A DNA stretch of 43,893 nt from a bacterium (GTDB lineage Bacteria > JAMOTN01), in assembly GCA_027062325.1 (NCBI GenBank), contig JAMOTN010000029.1, positions 1-43,893 on the forward strand. Direction: 5' to 3'. Each line of letters opens with the position of its first letter. Position 1 is the first letter of the stretch. Positions 39,424 to 43,893 of the stretch are shown here, one piece after another. The notes under the pieces are model-generated. The model was given only the letters and a program-made list of their open reading frames with translations. It was not told the DNA's origin and did not search any database. The translations under genes and the position numbers were made by a program.

Positions 39424-40845
39424 TCACTTTAACACTTCAAGCACATCCTTGTACAAACGCTTCAACTCATTACTCCTATAGTAAAAACCTGCTAAATTAA
39501 GCAAAACGTTCCCAGGAACAACGTAACTAACAAACCAATTAATAAAACTTTTGATCTGACCATTTAAAATTATCCTATAAGAAAACACCTCATCATCTAT
39601 CCAGTTCACTAATTCCTGAGCAAACGAAGAGAAAGTTTTGCTCCCCAACTCTTCCGCCAAGAAAAAGTTTGCTTCCCACAAACTTGAATCACCCTCACTC
39701 CACGAAGGAACATCTAAAAATCTAAATGCCACCATTAAAGCCAAATACTCCAACAAATCATCTCTAAACTCTGTATCCTTTAGCATCTGCTCTATAAATC
39801 CCACAACCAAGATTAGCAATGAAAAGTAAGCAAATCCAAACATATCAAATGCATTAACGTGGAAAAACCAAAGTTCTTTTTTACTCATATCATCGTAATG
39901 ACTCTGTCTAACAACACGTTTAATTTCGTTAACAAATCCTCTTAAAAATCTGTTAATTCCATAAGCCGAAAAAGTACCATTTCCAAGTGTATCCAGCTCC
40001 CCCAAAAACCATTCCAACTCATGTCTAACTTTCAACTCCCACTTAAATAACCCTATCAAATCAGAGCTCTTGTTTAGAGAATGCCTAAAAACTTTATTGT
40101 AACCTCCCCAACTGAACACCTCATCGGAAAACGCAGTATAACACCTACCAATCAACTTTTTATATTCATACTTATATTCATCAAGTATCCTCAACATCTG
40201 CTCTTCAGCAGGAGATAAATTGTGCTTCCCCCTTAAGAACTCGTAAAACGGCTTTCTGTAGTTCGCCCACCACTGCTTACGTATTCTCTCTTTCTCCTTA
40301 GCCCTGCCTCTCTTATCCAAAACCTTTTTCAACTCTCCATAGCTCATTTCATTCCACGTAACTTTAGCAACAATACTCTTTACCCGCCTCAAAAAAGTAT
40401 CAACTTTTTTTCTCATAGGTGTTACTGCCTCAGTCAAACTTCTGAACAAATCCGCTATATTTGGAGTTTTTAATCTATCAAGCATAAACATGTAATTTAA
40501 GCAATCAAAATTCACACAGTAGTTGTAAAACTCCCTCGCCAAATCAACGTTCTGCTTCAAAAAAGCATTTTTTAACTCTTCACGTTCTCTGCTGCTCACC
40601 CTCCTACTAATAGGAGTTACACGCTTAAATAATCCCAAGCAATTTCCAGCAAATTCCCACCTAGCATCAACTTCCCAAAAAACATCATCCGTCAGCCTAA
40701 ATTTATACTTTCCATCATCTCTTTTAACCAATAAACGTTCTATTTGCGGCACTACAATTTTGACAGTTCGAGGTTTAGTTCTTTTCTTACGATTTATAAG
40801 AACTCCAGCAACTTTTCCTAGAAACTCCAATATTCCCATTCTCAT
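39424..40845 (-). CDS. Highly diverged, probably inactive Cas1 paralogue
   Basis: Collinear by-eye matches to Cas1: IVVPQIERLLV, DLAREF..NYMFML, FLRGFVNE (cf. LRGYEG), VNAFDMFGFAY (cf. LNLFFNYAY), DDLLE (cf. SDIME), YRIILNGQI; His loop absent; flanked by two cas2 genes. Confidence 0.55.
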   Translation of the reverse strand: MRMGILEFLGKVAGVLINRKKRTKPRTVKIVVPQIERLLVKRDDGKYKFRLTDDVFWEVDARWEFAGNCLGLFKRVTPISRRVSSREREELKNAFLKQNVDLAREFYNYCVNFDCLNYMFMLDRLKTPNIADLFRSLTEAVTPMRKKVDTFLRRVKSIVAKVTWNEMSYGELKKVLDKRGRAKEKERIRKQWWANYRKPFYEFLRGKHNLSPAEEQMLRILDEYKYEYKKLIGRCYTAFSDEVFSWGGYNKVFRHSLNKSSDLIGLFKWELKVRHELEWFLGELDTLGNGTFSAYGINRFLRGFVNEIKRVVRQSHYDDMSKKELWFFHVNAFDMFGFAYFSLLILVVGFIEQMLKDTEFRDDLLEYLALMVAFRFLDVPSWSEGDSSLWEANFFLAEELGSKTFSSFAQELVNWIDDEVFSYRIILNGQIKSFINWFVSYVVPGNVLLNLAGFYYRSNELKRLYKDVLEVLK

Positions 40846-40889
40846 CTCTTCCTAAATCAACATATACCCCTTGACTATACAAACATTTC

Positions 40890-41153
40890 TTAAACTATCA
40901 TCCATCTAAAAAATTTTCTATTTCCCAAATAAATTCGCCCCTTGCAATCATTATCAGTTTGGGGAATAAAAAGCAACCTATCCCCTTTATTCAAAAGCTG
41001 AGAACAATCCCAATACAAATCATTCACTTTCTTAAAAGGGATTTCTATTTCAAAAATACTGTATTGAATCCTACAACCGTATTTTAAGAGCAAAGCAGAA
41101 ATTTTCCTCCTAATTTTATCATCTGAAATATCAAAAGCCACTAACCACTTCAT
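40890..41153 (-). CDS. cas2: CRISPR-associated Cas2 (first copy)
   Basis: WLVAFDISDDKIRRKI...YGCRIQYSIFE...GDRL. Confidence 0.93.
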   Translation of the reverse strand: MKWLVAFDISDDKIRRKISALLLKYGCRIQYSIFEIEIPFKKVNDLYWDCSQLLNKGDRLLFIPQTDNDCKGRIYLGNRKFFRWMIV

Positions 41154-41187
41154 TTCCAGATACTCCTTTAGTAGTTATATTGGCTCC

Positions 41188-42795
41188 TTAACCATTAACT
41201 TTTCTCTCTCCAAACTTTCTCAATGCTTTTTCAAAGGAGCTTATATCCTCCTTCAAAAATCTCTCCACAATTCTCAATAATCTAAACTCAAACCATTCAG
41301 AAACTACTCGCACCACCAATGAAAAATCCAGATCAAATCTTTCCTTATTCAACAACGCCCTAAGAATTCTTTCAAATTCATCTTCCTCTCTATTCTTCTG
41401 GCCATCCTCTTCGCCATCCTCGGCAGCAACATCTTTAATTACCTGCAATCTCCTAAGCTCTTCCAACAAACTTACCCATATATTATATCTCAAACTTTCC
41501 AACAAACTCTCCAACTTCTCATCCTTGCCATAAAGTGCCGTGTTCAATTCTTTATATTTACTCCTAAAAGGATGCTTTACCTCTTCTGTCCATTCCAAAT
41601 AAAGCTTTAAAATTGAACTCAATACATCAGAATCTCCCAAATCCCCATCTTCCTCACAAGCCTCATTGATAGCAATATCATTTTTAGAACAAGATTCACT
41701 ATTAGAGTTACAATTGCGTCTTTCATTTTTTTCATTATTGCCTACATTTTTACCAGCATCCGTAAATCCTTTCAAAAATCTTTCTAAGTCACCCCTTTTA
41801 TCATCCAAAAACCTATTAAAAACAACGGTATCAAAAACCACATGTTTTATGAGTAGCACACGCACTCTTTCCATAATATCCGACGCTAAAGCATAGTGTC
41901 TCCCCCTCTTTATGTGCATCACACCGAGTGAGGGATTGAAATTTTTTATCAAGAGTATGCAAGTTGTAAGGTTGTATATGAGAGTATATGCATAATTAAA
42001 GAATAGATTTAAGAAATCATTTGACTTCCTGTCACGCCTTTTAAACGCCGGATCCAAACCAAAAGTTCCTAACACATTCTTCATCAAATCAAACATGAAT
42101 ACACTAGCTCTTCCTTCATAACCCCTTAGAGTATTAATCTGCGAATCCAAGACATTTACATAAGTTTCCAGATTCCTAGCTATCCTCTTTTTATAGCTGC
42201 CTAACTCTTTCAAAAAATCATGCAGTCGCTTTTTGGTATTTTTCAACCAATTTAACAATCTAAGTCCATTATATTCACTATCAGCCTCCCCATTCTCATC
42301 AGTCCAGTTTCCATGTTCCGTCTTCACTTTCAAAAACAGTAGTTCTGTTAGCTCAAAAAGACTTACCATTTCCTGAATTTTGTCACGCACTATCTTAATA
42401 ATAAAATTTAATCTCCAGGGTGAGTTAGTCAATAACATTTGAAGTTCTCGTAATTTGTAAGCACTAAAGTAAGAAGACGGTAAAATAACCGACTTTATAC
42501 TCAAATTTCTTCCTACAATTATTACTTTTTTCTCATAGTTCGCTAATAATCCTAAAGCTTGCGTTGTTAATTGAACATTCTGTGAAACTATAAGGTAATC
42601 AATTGCAGCTATTGGAATTTGAATTTTTTCAGGATAAGAACGAGCATCACTAACTCCGCCAATATCAATTTTTTTGCTAATTCCTCCTGTAGAAACAGTA
42701 AGATTAGTAGAAGTTAGTGATGTAAGAACAGAAAAAGGCCGAAACAATAAACTTCCCTTCTCTACTCTCAACTTACCGGGTTTAAGGATTATCAT
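41188..42795 (-). CDS. cas1: CRISPR-associated Cas1, enlarged (535 aa)
   Basis: IPIAAIDYLIV, LTTQALGLL, LRGYEG (E), NYAY, LGVMH (H), LASDIME (D/E). Confidence 0.92.
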   Translation of the reverse strand: MIILKPGKLRVEKGSLLFRPFSVLTSLTSTNLTVSTGGISKKIDIGGVSDARSYPEKIQIPIAAIDYLIVSQNVQLTTQALGLLANYEKKVIIVGRNLSIKSVILPSSYFSAYKLRELQMLLTNSPWRLNFIIKIVRDKIQEMVSLFELTELLFLKVKTEHGNWTDENGEADSEYNGLRLLNWLKNTKKRLHDFLKELGSYKKRIARNLETYVNVLDSQINTLRGYEGRASVFMFDLMKNVLGTFGLDPAFKRRDRKSNDFLNLFFNYAYTLIYNLTTCILLIKNFNPSLGVMHIKRGRHYALASDIMERVRVLLIKHVVFDTVVFNRFLDDKRGDLERFLKGFTDAGKNVGNNEKNERRNCNSNSESCSKNDIAINEACEEDGDLGDSDVLSSILKLYLEWTEEVKHPFRSKYKELNTALYGKDEKLESLLESLRYNIWVSLLEELRRLQVIKDVAAEDGEEDGQKNREEDEFERILRALLNKERFDLDFSLVVRVVSEWFEFRLLRIVERFLKEDISSFEKALRKFGERKVNG

Positions 42796-43223
42796 GATTT
42801 ATATTATAAAATAATATTCGAGATAACGATGGATATATTCTGTTTGTAATCAAAAAATTGATGAGGGGGGAAGTTATAGAAATAAATTTAGGGATATGTA
42901 GCTGAACCGTCTTAATCGAAAAATTAAACGGAACTTTAATATATCTCTAGGTTTTCTATGAGTATTAGTTAAAAGTAGCAGCTGTAAATTGAAATCAACA
43001 TTAATGACAAGAGTAAATACTGCAATAAAGTAGAATAAGAAGAGGGAGCTGTTTAGTGTAAAATTGTTCAAATAATTAAAAATTTTGAAAACGAGGGCTA
43101 TTCAAGAAAGAGCTAATTTGAAGTATACTAATTGTGCAATTTAAAATTTGAAAAAGAAGTGTACAAGCGTCTTCCCCACTAGTGGGTTAAAATTGCCTAT
43201 TCAGAATATATATGATAAGTAGT
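42796..43223 (+). promoter_or_regulatory. AT-rich CRISPR leader / divergent cas promoter region
   Basis: AT-rich gap between cas1 start and the first repeat; candidate sigma70 promoter TTCAAG(43101)-N17-TATACT(43124-43129). Confidence 0.7.
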
Positions 43224-43893
43224 GTTTCATTGCCGAACACTTACTAACGGATTACGACATATATCGCCCTCGTAGAGGGCTACGGAAATTCTCACAGTTT
43301 CATTGCCGAACACTTACTAACGGATTACGACCGAGTTCCCCTCGCTTCGGGTGTCCCCCCTTTGGGTTTCATTGCCGAACACTTACTAACGGATTACGAC
43401 AAACTAAACACTCTAGGTTTTACGGCAAAAGCATTTGTGTTTCATTGCCGAACACTTACTAACGGATTACGACGGGCTCGGGCGGGGTCCCGGGGCTTTT
43501 GCCCCCGCGCGGTTTCATTGCCGAACACTTACTAACGGATTACGACCCCCGACGCCCCAGTTGGGGGTGTTGGGGGCTCGTCGGTTTCATTGCCGAACAC
43601 TTACTAACGGATTACGACCGGTTTCCTTTTTTATGTTCCCTTTTGCAGCTGTGAGAGCCCGGGCCCCGCACCCGAGCTCCCATACGACCGGTTTCCTTTT
43701 TTATGTTCCCTTTTGCAGTTTCTGTTTCATTGCCGAACACTTACTAACGGATTACGACGAGTCTTCGACTCCCTTATTTATTTATAATGAAAAGTTTCAT
43801 TGCCGAACACTTACTAACGGATTACGACGTGAGGTCGCGGCCGCGGTCCTCAGGCCTAAGCCTGAGTTTCATTGCCGAACACTTACTAACGGA
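43224..43893 (+). CRISPR. CRISPR array, 35-nt repeat GTTTCATTGCCGAACACTTACTAACGGATTACGAC, 8 full repeats plus 1 cut by the window edge; type III-like
   Basis: Identical repeats at 43224, 43297, 43366, 43439, 43512, 43584, 43724, 43794, 43866; spacers of 38, 34, 38, 38, 37, 105, 35, 37 nt; 3' end ATTACGAC resembles type III 8-nt handles. Confidence 0.98.

Noticed and set aside
39424-40845. 473-aa ORF as a reverse transcriptase or Cas effector nuclease
   Set aside because: No YADD/YxDD in an RT context, and no convincing RuvC, HD or paired HEPN motifs; collinear Cas1-like motifs fit better
42874-43071. 65-aa ORF in the CRISPR leader
   Set aside because: AT-rich leader DNA, no clear RBS, no recognisable motif
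43259-43296. Spacer 1 as a GTAG-type REP element (reverse: GTAG-CCCTC-TAC-GAGGG)
   Set aside because: Single short instance, no RAYT transposase or further copies in the window
43474-43511. Self-targeting of terminators in this window (e.g. 25842-25860) by hairpin spacers
   Set aside because: Only generic GGGGC..GCCCC similarity; I found no full-length spacer match in the window by eye, and the rest of the genome is unseen
43654-43688. Degenerate CRISPR repeat in the middle of the 105-nt spacer
   Set aside because: Only the last 6 nt (TACGAC) match the repeat; the rest is unrelated and GC-rich, better explained as an insert plus target duplication

Overview
AT-rich (roughly 35% GC by eye) chromosomal window from a motile, diderm, probably thermophilic bacterium (flagellin, LpxL, KdsB, branched-chain polyamine synthase). 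Positions 1-34.3 kb are mostly housekeeping and envelope genes: flagellin 5' end, lpxL, tRNA methyltransferase, pilB-pilT-pilC, xerC, a second PilB/PilC-secretin-PilMNOP-like cluster, dxr, miaB, lepB, tldD, bpsA, kdsB, ade, an MCP-CZB-hemerythrin, a clostripain-family protease, a gamma-CA-family protein and P5C dehydrogenase. Positions 34.3-43.9 kb are a CRISPR island with no interference genes in view. It contains (i) a CalpS/CalpT/CalpL-like sigma, anti-sigma and Lon-SAVED protease trio with three matching ECF-type promoter motifs (TGTCACA-N16-NNTC); (ii) a doubled adaptation module, cas1-cas2-[degenerate Cas1 paralogue]-cas2; and (iii) a type III-like array whose spacers are mostly hairpins, many GC-rich, usually starting at the first spacer base. 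The array also carries an apparent inverted, off-register integration with a 36-bp target duplication. The best candidate for an undescribed system is a heteromeric Cas1/dead-Cas1/Cas2/Cas2' integrase that selects spacers by secondary structure. All family assignments are by-eye motif recognition; no searches were run.
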